Of a DNA stretch of 45,058 bases, positions 8,950 to 17,775 are shown one piece after another; within the stretch, counting starts at the first letter, position 1; every line of letters starts with the position of its first letter. Under the pieces are notes generated by a model, which had not been told where the DNA came from, did not search any database, and was given only the letters and a program-made list of their open reading frames with translations. The DNA is from Verrucomicrobiales bacterium (GTDB lineage Bacteria > Verrucomicrobiota > Verrucomicrobiia > Verrucomicrobiales > V1-33). The position numbers and the translations under genes were made by a program. Where the stretch lies: assembly GCA_031411295.1 (NCBI GenBank), contig JANOAV010000155.1, forward strand, positions 1-45,058, written 5' to 3'.

Positions 8950-11784
8950 ATGGGAATTTCCGTTTTGTTCAAAAGTCATCGTCTGCTTCTTGCTAGTTTT
9001 ACGCTTCCGTTAGCCGCGCTCAGCGGGGCGGAATCCGTGCTCTGGGAAGGGGAGAAGCTGCAAGTGCGGCAAAGTTCAGGTCGGGTGGGGCCGCAAGATT
9101 TGCGGGCGTATGGCGATGGGGCTTGGAGCAACCAAGCGCATCTCTGGTGGCAGGGCGCGAAGTTGGGGGACTCCTTGGAGTTGGTGCTGCCAGTGGCAGT
9201 AGCGGGAAATTATCGACTCGCGTTAGGTTTAACCAAGGCGGTTGATTACGGAGCATTCAGCATCAGTTTGGATGATAAAAAGTTGCAGGGACCGCTGGAT
9301 TGCTTCAACGACGGAGTGATTCATACCGGCATCATTTCTCTGGGGGATCCATTGGCACTGACCGCCGGGGAGCATCGGCTACAGTTCACGGTCACCAAAG
9401 CGAATCCTCAAGCCCTGCCGGGAAATATGTTGGGACTGGATTATGTGATGGCGACGACCGATCTTAAAAGTGAGTTGGCTGCGCTGGGCCCGCAACTCAA
9501 GCCCGCCAAGCCAGCCGTAGCGCGCGGAGCCAAGGCCCCCCCGGCTATCAAGGAAGGCAACGCGCTGGAGGCCCAGCCGAAATCACCAGCGGAGCAACAA
9601 GCCTGCTTCAAAGTGCCGGAAGGGTTCAGTATAGAGTTGGTTGCCAGTGAGGAAACGGGCCTGCCCAAGCCAGTGATGACGGTGTTCGATAGCGCTGGTC
9701 GGATGTGGTCGGTTACGGCCACCGAGTATCCACGCGACCAGGACCCCGGGGTCTGGTCCAAGCCAGGGAAGGATCGTGTAGTCATCTTCGATACTCCTTG
9801 TGCCAGCGGGCCGCAGACACCACGGATCTTTGCGGAGGGCATGGTCATGCCACTATCCGTGCTGCCCTACGGAAATGGGGCCTACGTCGCACAGGGACCG
9901 GAAATTTTGTATCTGGGAGACAAAGATGGCGATGGGAAGGCCGACACGCGCGAGGTGCGGTTGCATGGCTTCGGCGTGCAGGACACGCATACCCTGCCGC
10001 ATCAACTAACCTTGTTGCCAGGAGGCCGTATCGTTTACTCCCAGGGTGTGTTGAATAAGGGAAAAGTGACCGATGCGGCGGGCCACACGATGGATTTCAA
10101 CAAGACCCAAGTGGCCACCTTCCGGCCTGACGGCACTGGGCATGAGGTGATTGGGGCCGGTCTCAATAACATTTGGTGCTGGTCGACGTCGCGCGAGGGG
10201 CGGGTGTTTATTCACGAAGCCAACGATCTGGGTTACAGCTTGGTGCCGTTTGAAGAGGACTCTACTTACCCCAGCTTCATCGCCACGAAACTTCATCCCG
10301 CTGCGCCCATGCATCCACCCACGGCGCAAGGCTTGGACTTGGGGGGCACGGGATTCAGTGGCTTGGCACTCTGTGATGATCGCACGGGATCGTTCCCCGC
10401 GCCCTGGCATGGCGTGATGTTGATTTCCAATCCTATCCTGGGACGCATTCAAGGCATCAGCATGACGCGGGAAGACAACGGAGTCTATCATTTCAAGAAA
10501 GCGGGAGATCTCGTGACGTGCTCCGATCCCATGTTCCGCCCGGTGGCAATTACCTTCGGCCCGGATGGATGTCTCTACATTACGGATTGGTATAACCGCA
10601 TTATTTCCCACAACGAAGTGGCCCGGGATCATCCCGGCCGGGACAAGTCCCGAGGTCGGGTGTGGCGCGTGCGGCATGCCTCGCAAACCAAACGAACGAT
10701 CCCCGACCTAGCCAAAATGCCGACGGGGGATCTGCCAGCACAATTGAAGGCCGACAGCACTTGGCAGATGCGTGCCGCCTGGCAGGAAATCGCCCAGCGG
10801 CGGGCCGTGCAGTTGGCTCCGGAACTCACGCGCCTGATGCGTGATGCGGCCACGCTGGATGATAGCCGGATCCATGCCTTGTGGGCGCTGGAGGATCTGG
10901 GAAGGTTCGACGAATCGTTGTGGCAGCTGTTGTTGCAGAGTCCCAATGCCAACGTGCGTCGCGAAGCCGTGCGGGCACTGTCCTCGTTGAAGGTTCCTGC
11001 CGCCACCGCCTTTGCGCTGATGCAACCCTTGGCAGCAGAGAAGTCATGGACGCTGCGTTACGAAGTTTTGCGTTATTTCCGCCGCAGCGGAGCAAGTCCG
11101 GAGCACTTGGCTTGGTTACAACGCTGGAGCGCAGGGCCAGCGGATCAAACCAAAGTGGACGGCTGGAATGGGCCGTTCCTGGCCCTGGGCGGAGCTTATG
11201 AACGGGCGTTTCAGGATTTCCTCCTGATGCGGATCACGGATCGCAGCGGACCTGGGCCAGCTTTGGATCCCAAGTGGGATGCCGTGTGGGAAAATAAACC
11301 GGTGCGTTCTGAGGCGGAATCCAAGGCCATTGCCGAGCGTATTGCGGCGGTCTCCAAGGCCTTGGCTGAGCCGACGGATCGGTCAATGGAGGTAGGGCGC
11401 ACCTTGGTGCAGACCACGTGTCTGCAATGTCACCGCATGGGAGATCAAGGCGTGGCGCTGGCTCCGCCGCTGGATGGCTCCGCGCAGCGCGATCCCGTGG
11501 CGCTGATCACATCGTTAGTGGATCCGGACGCAGCAGTGGAAAATGTGTTCCGACTCTATCGCGTCGAGACCAGTGACGGTCAAACAGCAGCAGGTTTCCG
11601 GAAGGATATCGATGCGAAGGAAATTACGCTGATGCTGATGGGCGGGACGCTCCAGCGCATTCCGCTGGGCAAGGTGAAACGGGCTGGTTACATTCAAGGC
11701 CAATCCGTCATGCCCGCCTTGGGAATCGGGTTGAGCGTGGAGCAGGCCGTGGATGTGGTGCGGTATTTGCGCACGGTGCGCTAA
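8950..11784 (+). CDS. PVC-type membrane-bound dehydrogenase / heme-binding CxxCH protein with an N-terminal carbohydrate-binding-like beta domain, beta-propeller, HEAT repeats and cytochrome c
   Basis: Signal peptide, [60 protein letters not shown] and a C-terminal SVMP. Confidence 0.88.
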   Translation: MGISVLFKSHRLLLASFTLPLAALSGAESVLWEGEKLQVRQSSGRVGPQDLRAYGDGAWSNQAHLWWQGAKLGDSLELVLPVAVAGNYRLALGLTKAVDYGAFSISLDDKKLQGPLDCFNDGVIHTGIISLGDPLALTAGEHRLQFTVTKANPQALPGNMLGLDYVMATTDLKSELAALGPQLKPAKPAVARGAKAPPAIKEGNALEAQPKSPAEQQACFKVPEGFSIELVASEETGLPKPVMTVFDSAGRMWSVTATEYPRDQDPGVWSKPGKDRVVIFDTPCASGPQTPRIFAEGMVMPLSVLPYGNGAYVAQGPEILYLGDKDGDGKADTREVRLHGFGVQDTHTLPHQLTLLPGGRIVYSQGVLNKGKVTDAAGHTMDFNKTQVATFRPDGTGHEVIGAGLNNIWCWSTSREGRVFIHEANDLGYSLVPFEEDSTYPSFIATKLHPAAPMHPPTAQGLDLGGTGFSGLALCDDRTGSFPAPWHGVMLISNPILGRIQGISMTREDNGVYHFKKAGDLVTCSDPMFRPVAITFGPDGCLYITDWYNRIISHNEVARDHPGRDKSRGRVWRVRHASQTKRTIPDLAKMPTGDLPAQLKADSTWQMRAAWQEIAQRRAVQLAPELTRLMRDAATLDDSRIHALWALEDLGRFDESLWQLLLQSPNANVRREAVRALSSLKVPAATAFALMQPLAAEKSWTLRYEVLRYFRRSGASPEHLAWLQRWSAGPADQTKVDGWNGPFLALGGAYERAFQDFLLMRITDRSGPGPALDPKWDAVWENKPVRSEAESKAIAERIAAVSKALAEPTDRSMEVGRTLVQTTCLQCHRMGDQGVALAPPLDGSAQRDPVALITSLVDPDAAVENVFRLYRVETSDGQTAAGFRKDIDAKEITLMLMGGTLQRIPLGKVKRAGYIQGQSVMPALGIGLSVEQAVDVVRYLRTVR

Positions 11785-11788
11785 GGCT

Positions 11789-12008
11789 AGGAGTGATTAT
11801 TCCACAGCGGACATGCTTTAGCGAGGTGGAGCGAGGCTGAGCCCGAGCCCGAGCCTTCGTCTGCTTGCATGCAAAGGTTCGCTCAAGTTCCTCCTCGCGC
11901 GGATCGACCAGCGCTAGGCAATTTATTTCTGAGTTCGGATGCCTCAGCTCACGACTGGCTCGAACTCAGCCTCGCTCCACCTCCCTTTGCGGTGGGTTAT
12001 TCACTCCT
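11789..12008. mobile_element. MITE of about 220 bp with terminal inverted repeats and a target-site duplication
   Basis: Left end aggagtgattattccacagc versus right-end reverse complement aggagtgaataacccaccgc. Inner IR gaggtggagcgaggctgag / ctcagcctcgctccacctc. GCGCTAAGGCT is duplicated at 11778-11788 and 12009-12019. Confidence 0.8.
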
Positions 12009-12070
12009 GCGCTAAGGCTAGGAGTGGATGTGGTTGCCAAGTGCTTAGTTGGCGTTACAGGTGTCTGTCT

Positions 12071-12715
12071 ATGAAATTCATGCTTCCCCTCTTAGCTCTT
12101 GTTGTTGGTGCCCACGCGCAAACGGTGGACTTGACCCCGGTTAAAAAATGGGTGGAACATACGGCTAAGATCAAGACCTTCAGCGCGAGTTTCACCCAGC
12201 AACGCTTCCTGCGCACCGTGCGCAAGCCGTTGGAGTCCCAGGGCACAATTCAGTTTGCGGCCCCAGGATCGGTGCGCTGGGAAGCGCAGGGACAGGTCAA
12301 CATGATCGCCACGGTCAAGGCGGGCGGAGACCTAACGATTCAACATCCCGGGGAGCAAAAGGCGGAAGTAATCACGCGGGCCATGCTGCAGGAGAAAGGT
12401 GACGGGCAGGGATTGGCGCTACTGGAAAGTGGATTTCCGCAAAGTTTCGCTGAGTTCCAAAAGAAGTTCGAGGTAACGAAAGTGGAAAAGCAGGGGGAGT
12501 TCTGGCAAGTGGAGGCCAAGCTCGTTGGCAGTGCCAGCAAAGCGGTTACCAAGGTGGTGTTCCTAATTCAGGATGGAGCATTTACTTTGGGAGGACTGCA
12601 GTTTCACTTCCGCGATACCTCCAGGGTGGAATCTCGGTTTACCAAATTTATCGAGAACCCTACACTGCCAAAAGACTGCTTCGTGCCAGACCTGAGCGGA
12701 TACAAGGTGAAGTAG
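12071..12715 (+). CDS. lolA: LolA-like outer-membrane lipoprotein carrier protein
   Basis: Signal peptide followed by TFSASFTQQR...SQGTIQFAAPGSVRWE. Start moved to ATG 12071 because the upstream part of the listed ORF lies in the MITE. Confidence 0.75.
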   Translation: MKFMLPLLALVVGAHAQTVDLTPVKKWVEHTAKIKTFSASFTQQRFLRTVRKPLESQGTIQFAAPGSVRWEAQGQVNMIATVKAGGDLTIQHPGEQKAEVITRAMLQEKGDGQGLALLESGFPQSFAEFQKKFEVTKVEKQGEFWQVEAKLVGSASKAVTKVVFLIQDGAFTLGGLQFHFRDTSRVESRFTKFIENPTLPKDCFVPDLSGYKVK

Positions 12716-12728
12716 TTAGGGCGCAGCA

Positions 12729-14066
12729 TCATTTCCCGATGCAGAAGCTGGAGAAGATCTCCCCGAGCAGATCCTCCGTATCCAGACGGCCCACCACCTC
12801 GCCTACGGCATCCATGGCGCTGCGGACTTCAAGGGCGATGAACTCGGCGGAGGCTCCCTGGGCGGATTCTGCCAAGGCTTGAAGCAGGCTGGCGCGGGCG
12901 CGTTGCAGGCAATCCTGGTGGCGCGCGTTGATGGAAACGAGATCCGCACCGAGGGCTCCGGCTTCGGCGGTTAGGATGTGGTAGAGGCGATCGCTGAGGG
13001 CATCCATCCCCATGCCAGTGGTGCAGGAAATTGGCAGCCCGTCCACGTGCTGCCAATCCGTATGGACCCCGAGGTCCGCTTTGTTTAAGATCAAAAGGCG
13101 ATGCCGCGTTGCCTCCGCCGGAATCGCCACGCGGGCTGCGGCGGGTTGGCTGGCATCGACCATTTCGAGGATCAAATCAGCGCTGGCGAGGGCGGCGGTG
13201 CTGCGGGTGACGCCATGTTGCTCGATGAGGTCATTGGTTTCGCGGATGCCGGCGGTATCGATTAATCTGAGGGGAAGTCCGCGCAGGTTGATGACTTCTT
13301 CGATGGTGTCCCGGGTGGTGCCGGGGATTTCGCTAACGATGGCGCGCTCGAAGCCGAGCAGGAAATTGAGCAGGCTGGACTTGCCAGCATTCGGCGGTCC
13401 ACAGATCACGGTGCGGGCGCCCTGGCGGAGGATGCGTCCCTGTTCGGCGGTGGCCAGAAGTTGATCCAATTGTTCCCACACGGCGGTCATGCGCTCCCGC
13501 AAGACGTCCGTGGTGGCGGGATCGATGTCCTCCTCTGGAAAGTCGATGTAGGCCTCCAGGTGCGCCAGGATGCCCAGCAGTTCATCCCGGGTGGTGTGGA
13601 TGGCGCGGCCGAGCCGACCTTCCAATTGGTGTTGCGCGGCGCGGAGGGCCAGGGTGGTCTGGGCGGAAATGAGATCCATCACGGCTTCGGCCTGCGTCAG
13701 GTCCAGTTTGCCATTGAGGAAGGCTCTTTGGGAAAATTCACCGGGCCCGGCGGAACGCGCCCCTGCCGCCAAGAGCGTTTCCAAGACCCGACGCGTCACG
13801 AGCACGCCGCCATGGCAGGCTAATTCCACCACATCTTCGCCAGTGTAACTATGCGGGGCGGGAAAATACGTCACCAGGACTTGATCGACAACTTCACGCT
13901 CAGCCGTCACGACGTTAGAGAGGAAGGCCAAGCGCGGAGCAGCCAAAGGCTTGGACAGCACGCGGGAAGAAATCTCCCGAACCTGCGGTCCAGAAAGTCG
14001 CAACAAGGCGATGGCCCCGGTTCCGGGGGCGGTGGCGATGGCGGCAATGGTATCGGGTGCAAACAT
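12729..14066 (-). CDS. mnmE: tRNA modification GTPase MnmE
   Basis: [43 protein letters not shown] and C-terminal FCIGK. Confidence 0.98.
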   Translation of the reverse strand: MFAPDTIAAIATAPGTGAIALLRLSGPQVREISSRVLSKPLAAPRLAFLSNVVTAEREVVDQVLVTYFPAPHSYTGEDVVELACHGGVLVTRRVLETLLAAGARSAGPGEFSQRAFLNGKLDLTQAEAVMDLISAQTTLALRAAQHQLEGRLGRAIHTTRDELLGILAHLEAYIDFPEEDIDPATTDVLRERMTAVWEQLDQLLATAEQGRILRQGARTVICGPPNAGKSSLLNFLLGFERAIVSEIPGTTRDTIEEVINLRGLPLRLIDTAGIRETNDLIEQHGVTRSTAALASADLILEMVDASQPAAARVAIPAEATRHRLLILNKADLGVHTDWQHVDGLPISCTTGMGMDALSDRLYHILTAEAGALGADLVSINARHQDCLQRARASLLQALAESAQGASAEFIALEVRSAMDAVGEVVGRLDTEDLLGEIFSSFCIGK

Positions 14067-14344
14067 GAGTGGGTGAAGTGGGGGGCAGTTTCGGTGAAGG
14101 ATAGCGGGATGGGGAACGCTGTTGGGGTGGCTTTATGCTACTTTGCTTATCTAGCCAATCGATAGCCGAAAAAAACGGAAAAAGACGAAAAAATAATTCT
14201 TTGCGTCGCGTCACAACCCATTCTTTTCGGCCTTTTCTCGTTTTTCCGGCAAAACAAAAAATGTAACAAAGCAGAATTTACCACAGATTCGGCAAAGCGT
14301 GGAAATCATGTTGCGGAAGTCCGCTGGGTTCGCAAGGATGGGGG

Positions 14345-15316
14345 ATGGATTATTTAGCAATGGCGCGAACGGTGATAGACCTTGAAGTGGAAGAACTGCA
14401 ACGGCTGCGGGAGCGGCTGGATGATTCTTTCGTGCAGGCCGTGGAGGTTCTGAAGTCCGCTGTAGAGCAACAGCGGAAAATCATTATCTGCGGAGTGGGG
14501 AAGTCCGGAAACATCTCCCAGAAGATTGCCGCCACGCTGAACAGCACGGGCGCGGCGGCGGTGGTGCTGAATTCGCAGGATGCCTTGCACGGGGACTTGG
14601 GATTGGTGAACGATGGGGACGCCATGCTGCTGCTGTCCTACAGCGGTGAGACGGATGAAATCATCAACTTGCTCCCGCACCTGAAACGGTTGGGAGCCAA
14701 GCTCATCGCAGTGACCGGCGGAGTGGGCTCCACGCTGGCGCGTCATGCGGACCTGACGTTGGATGTGAACGTGCAGCGCGAGGCCTGTCCTCTAAATTTG
14801 GCTCCCACCTCCAGCAGCACGGCCATGCTCGTCATTGGCGATGCCCTGGCGATGGTGCTGCTGGAAGCGCGGGGCTTTGAGCCCGATGACTTTGCGCGGT
14901 TGCACCCCGGAGGTTCCTTGGGGCGGTCACTGCTCACCAAGGTGAGCGACGTCATGCGGGCCGGGGATCGGCTGGCCCGAGTGGCGGAATCCGCCGTGAT
15001 TCTGGACGCGCTGCAAGCCATGACGGCCGCCAAATCCGGAGCCGTGGTGGTGCTGAGCGCCAGCGGAACATTGGCGGGCATATTCACGCAGGGAGATTTC
15101 GTGCGGGCCTATCAACAACAAAGCGATGTGGCCAACCAACCCGTAGCCCAGTTCATGAGCCGCAAACCCATCACGATTCACGAAGACCAACTGGCGGCCC
15201 ATTTGCTGCAACTGCTGGAGAAACACAACGTGGACGAAGTCATCGTCGTCAACGATGCCCACGAACCCGTCGGCGTGGTCGATACCCAGGACTTGAGTCG
15301 GGTGAAAATTCTGTGA
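14345..15316 (+). CDS. kdsD: KpsF/GutQ-family arabinose-5-phosphate isomerase (SIS + CBS domains)
   Basis: GVGKSG, HGDLG, SYSGET, EACP.NLAPTSS, HPGGSLG and two CBS domains. Confidence 0.95.
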   Translation: MDYLAMARTVIDLEVEELQRLRERLDDSFVQAVEVLKSAVEQQRKIIICGVGKSGNISQKIAATLNSTGAAAVVLNSQDALHGDLGLVNDGDAMLLLSYSGETDEIINLLPHLKRLGAKLIAVTGGVGSTLARHADLTLDVNVQREACPLNLAPTSSSTAMLVIGDALAMVLLEARGFEPDDFARLHPGGSLGRSLLTKVSDVMRAGDRLARVAESAVILDALQAMTAAKSGAVVVLSASGTLAGIFTQGDFVRAYQQQSDVANQPVAQFMSRKPITIHEDQLAAHLLQLLEKHNVDEVIVVNDAHEPVGVVDTQDLSRVKIL

Positions 15317-15473
15317 GCACGGCGGAGAGGCTCCGTGGCACATCAGACGAATGATTGCGAAAAGTCGGCAGCGGAAGCGGAGGACTCAAGCAAGCCGTTG
15401 TTTTCCGAAGGGGAGTTGCTCAGAGCCGTTTCACCACGCCAGCGCCAGAAACAGCGCCAGTCAGGCCAAGCGC

Positions 15474-15585
15474 CCCCTGAATCCCCTGGGCTTGTCCAAC
15501 CATGGCCGTAGTTGCTAGCGCGACGCACCCCCACTCCAAGAGTTGCGTCAACTCCTCGCAGCAATACGGCCTTTATTGTTCGGCT
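15474..15585 (-). repeat. Conserved cassette 'tail', copy 2 (starts with attC R''-like GCCGAAC)
   Basis: Colinear direct repeat of 16792-16903. The minus strand reads GCCGAAC AATAAAGGCCG...TTGACG...ATGGTTG.ACAAGCCCAGGGGAT.CAGGGG, starting 7 nt after the stop of the 15592 ORF. Confidence 0.85.
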
Positions 15586-15591
15586 CAGTTT

Positions 15592-15846
15592 TCATTTCTG
15601 GTTCAAGCTGCATTTAGGGCAGCAGCATATCATTTCAGGAACCGAATCCTTGTCTTTTAGTTCCGGTAAGGTCCAACCGGCATGTTTTGCATCCGTGGCC
15701 ATCTGCTCGAAATAGCCTTTCGAGAACTGGCGATGATTCTCAGGCAATTCGAGTCCCTCTCCGCAGTCGCAAATGAACGCCAAAGCCCAATATGCGTGGG
15801 CTTGGTATTTTTCGCTGAGATCAGGTGCCTCGACTTGGTCATTCAT
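15592..15846 (-). CDS. Small cassette-encoded Cys-rich protein (CDC...CCCPKC, putative Zn-binding), 84 aa
   Basis: ATG lies 6 nt after GTTCAGC and the stop lies 7 nt before GCCGAAC, which is typical cassette geometry. Confidence 0.7.
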   Translation of the reverse strand: MNDQVEAPDLSEKYQAHAYWALAFICDCGEGLELPENHRQFSKGYFEQMATDAKHAGWTLPELKDKDSVPEMICCCPKCSLNQK

Positions 15847-15852
15847 ATTATT

Positions 15853-15980
15853 GCTGAACGTTAGAGCGTTGACGTCGCTGCTGGTGGGGAACTTAGAAGG
15901 CACGATGACGAGTCGAGATTCAAACAACGCTGAAAAAACACTGGGATACCAGCGGTTGTTCTGCCGCGTTTTTGTTCGGC
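15853..15980 (-). mobile_element. attC-like recombination site, 128 bp, with imperfect arms
   Basis: The minus strand reads GCCGAAC-aaaaa-cgcggcag...gctgg ... ccagc...gctctaac-GTTCAGC, between two co-oriented short ORFs. Confidence 0.65.
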
Positions 15981-16036
15981 TAGTGGAGTGTGATAGAAGT
16001 TAGGTGTCATGATGGAAATTGATAGTGGAGAATGAC

Positions 16037-16513
16037 TCACCGATCATCGGTAAGCCTTCGGATTACGGGAGACATCAACAGGTCCAGTTCTGTTCTTGGT
16101 CCTTGAGGCTCGCTCCCCTCATCCATGGCCTGAGTTATGAGAACATCCGGCGCTCTACTATCACATATCTGGAACTCAACGTGAGCACCTCGACTTCTGC
16201 ACTTGACTGCATAAGCGATACCTGGGAGAGCAGTGAAACGTAGCTTAGCGTGAACCATTCGTCGAGTCTCGAAGTTTTGCGCATAGCACCCAATAGTGTG
16301 CGGGCCGGGTGCAATGGATACGGCAGATGGCCCTTCGTGCGCAACTCCGTCAACGAAATCAATTCCGGCGGGGCGTCCAACGGCCGTTGATGGTGGCAGT
16401 AAACCACCTGCACGCTTGAGTGGACCTACCGTTGCCATCCCTTGGCTGGGTGTTGAGCTACATGATGCAAGTAGTGCAACAAAGAGTATAGTGAAAGCGT
16501 TAGTTAAAGTCAT
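16037..16513 (-). CDS. Cassette-encoded putative lipoprotein
   Basis: Lipobox LLASC after a hydrophobic stretch, located right after GTTAGGC. Alternative GTG start at 16531. Confidence 0.7.
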   Translation of the reverse strand: MTLTNAFTILFVALLASCSSTPSQGMATVGPLKRAGGLLPPSTAVGRPAGIDFVDGVAHEGPSAVSIAPGPHTIGCYAQNFETRRMVHAKLRFTALPGIAYAVKCRSRGAHVEFQICDSRAPDVLITQAMDEGSEPQGPRTELDLLMSPVIRRLTDDR

Positions 16514-16533
16514 TAGATTTATGGATGGCACGA

Positions 16534-16708
16534 GCCTAACTGCTTAATCACCGACAGAAGTGTCGATTTTTTGCCGAGCTTTATGGGCGACAGATTTGCC
16601 AGTTTTGGCGAGGGATAGTGATTGCATAGCGAAAGTTTGGTAGGAGTTAGCCGCAGAGGCGCGTGATCGTCAACGTTATTGTTGATTTCCGCTCGGAGGC
16701 GCATGAAT
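16534..16708 (-). promoter_or_regulatory. Cassette 'head', copy 2: putative Pc promoter, leader ORF and attI-like core GTTAGGC
   Basis: Direct repeat of 17446-17622. Contains a TTGACG -35-like hexamer and CGACA-N4-TG(T/C)C motifs, and ends gtgattaagcaGTTAGGC. Confidence 0.75.
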
Positions 16709-16791
16709 TCCCGCAGTTTATGACAACGGGCTTTTGGGGAACTGCGGTGGAGGCCACTGTCGGGCGGGGGATTTTGCTGAGGGGCTTCTCT

Positions 16792-16903
16792 CCCCTGCAT
16801 CCCCTGGGCTTGTGCAACCATGGCCGTGATTACTGGCTCGCTCAGCCTCCACCCTGAGAGTCACGTCAATTCCTCGCAACGCTGCGGCCTTTATTGTTCG
16901 GCT
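16792..16903 (-). repeat. Conserved cassette 'tail', copy 1
   Basis: GCCGAAC lies 4 nt after the stop of the 16907 ORF. Repeat of 15474-15585. Confidence 0.85.
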
Positions 16904-16906
16904 TGA

Positions 16907-17428
16907 TTACCGGTCACTCTTCTCTTCTTTCCTCAACCCGTTGGGCTTTTCGACCTCGATGATCCACGTGTCTTTGGCCAGCATCTTCCGATACGTCGGA
17001 TGCAGTCCGTCGAAATCCTCGCAGTAGATCACGAGCTTGCCGGGCAGTTCATCCATCGCCTGCTTGCGTGGGATGACGCGGCCGTCTCCGGTGGACACGA
17101 TGAGACCTTTCAGCGGGCGGCCAGCTTTCTCCTCGTCACGGCTGGTCATCACGCGATCACTCGTCCGCTTCTTGACGAGGCCCTTTTCATCCTCAACGAT
17201 CTTCTCCGTGTTCACAATCTCGTCGAAGAGCAGGAAAAAGTTGAACGTTTCGGAGGATTTATCGACCTTCGTGACGATGCAAAAGACGGGAGCTTTGCCG
17301 GGCAACTGCGGGAGCTTTCCCCCATCGGCCGGCTTGTCCTGCGACCGGGCCGCGCCCCAAGTCATCGCCACCGCTAGTCCGATCAGACTCGCTGCAAGCA
17401 GCCCAGCGAGAAGTTTGGAACCATGCAT
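16907..17428 (-). CDS. Cassette-encoded secreted hypothetical protein
   Basis: RBS AGGAG just after GTTCGGC, signal peptide ending ARS-Q, and GCCGAAC right after the stop. Confidence 0.8.
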   Translation of the reverse strand: MHGSKLLAGLLAASLIGLAVAMTWGAARSQDKPADGGKLPQLPGKAPVFCIVTKVDKSSETFNFFLLFDEIVNTEKIVEDEKGLVKKRTSDRVMTSRDEEKAGRPLKGLIVSTGDGRVIPRKQAMDELPGKLVIYCEDFDGLHPTYRKMLAKDTWIIEVEKPNGLRKEEKSDR

Positions 17429-17445
17429 TGCGAATTTCTCCTGCC

Positions 17446-17622
17446 GCCGAACTAGTTGATCACCGACAGAAGTGTCGATTTTTGCCGAGCTTCTTTAGGG
17501 GCGACAGATTTGTCGGGTTTGGCGCGGGGTAGTGATTTCATAGTGGAAGTATGGTAGGATTTAGCCGCTGATGCGCGTGATAGTCAACGTTATTCTGGAT
17601 TTCCGCTCAAATGCGCGTGAAT
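17446..17622 (-). promoter_or_regulatory. Cassette 'head', copy 1: putative Pc promoter, leader ORF and attI-like core GTTCGGC
   Basis: TTGACT at 17587-17582, two CGACA-N4-TGTCG palindromes, and the end gtgatcaactaGTTCGGC. Confidence 0.75.
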
Positions 17623-17624
17623 GC

Positions 17625-17709
17625 CTCTGCGAATCTCTGCGCCCTCTGCGGTAAAACTCCCATCCCGCAACATTCAGAATTACCGCAGAGAACGCAGAGG
17701 ACCGCAGAG
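17625..17709. repeat. REP-like inverted repeat (CTCTGCG-type)
   Basis: ctctgcgaatctctgcgccctctgcggtaa ... ttaccgcagagaacgcagaggaccgcagag. Confidence 0.8.
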
Positions 17710-17775
17710 CCAATATTGTTCATGAGGGAAGCCATCGCCCAGCTCGCAAAGCAAACCGCAGGACTGCGCCTGCCT

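Noticed and set aside
8678..9013. 111-aa ORF as a real gene
   Set aside because: It starts inside the mini-insertion and consists of an hsdR fragment plus read-through into the next gene's start region.
11939..12070. 44-aa N-terminal extension of the LolA-like ORF
   Set aside because: It derives from MITE and flank sequence. The signal peptide begins at ATG 12071.
16519..16857. ORFs 16519-16821(-) and 16663-16857(+), and SPL peptides reminiscent of the IntI C-terminal SPLD
   Set aside because: They run through the repeated head/tail DNA, are not conserved as long frames in the second copies, and have no tyrosine-recombinase motifs. The SPL matches are too short to count.
17463..17516. CGACA-N4-TGTCG as an SOS (LexA) box
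   Set aside because: It does not match the verrucomicrobial LexA motif as I recall it (TGTTC-N4-GAACA). Kept only as an unassigned palindrome.
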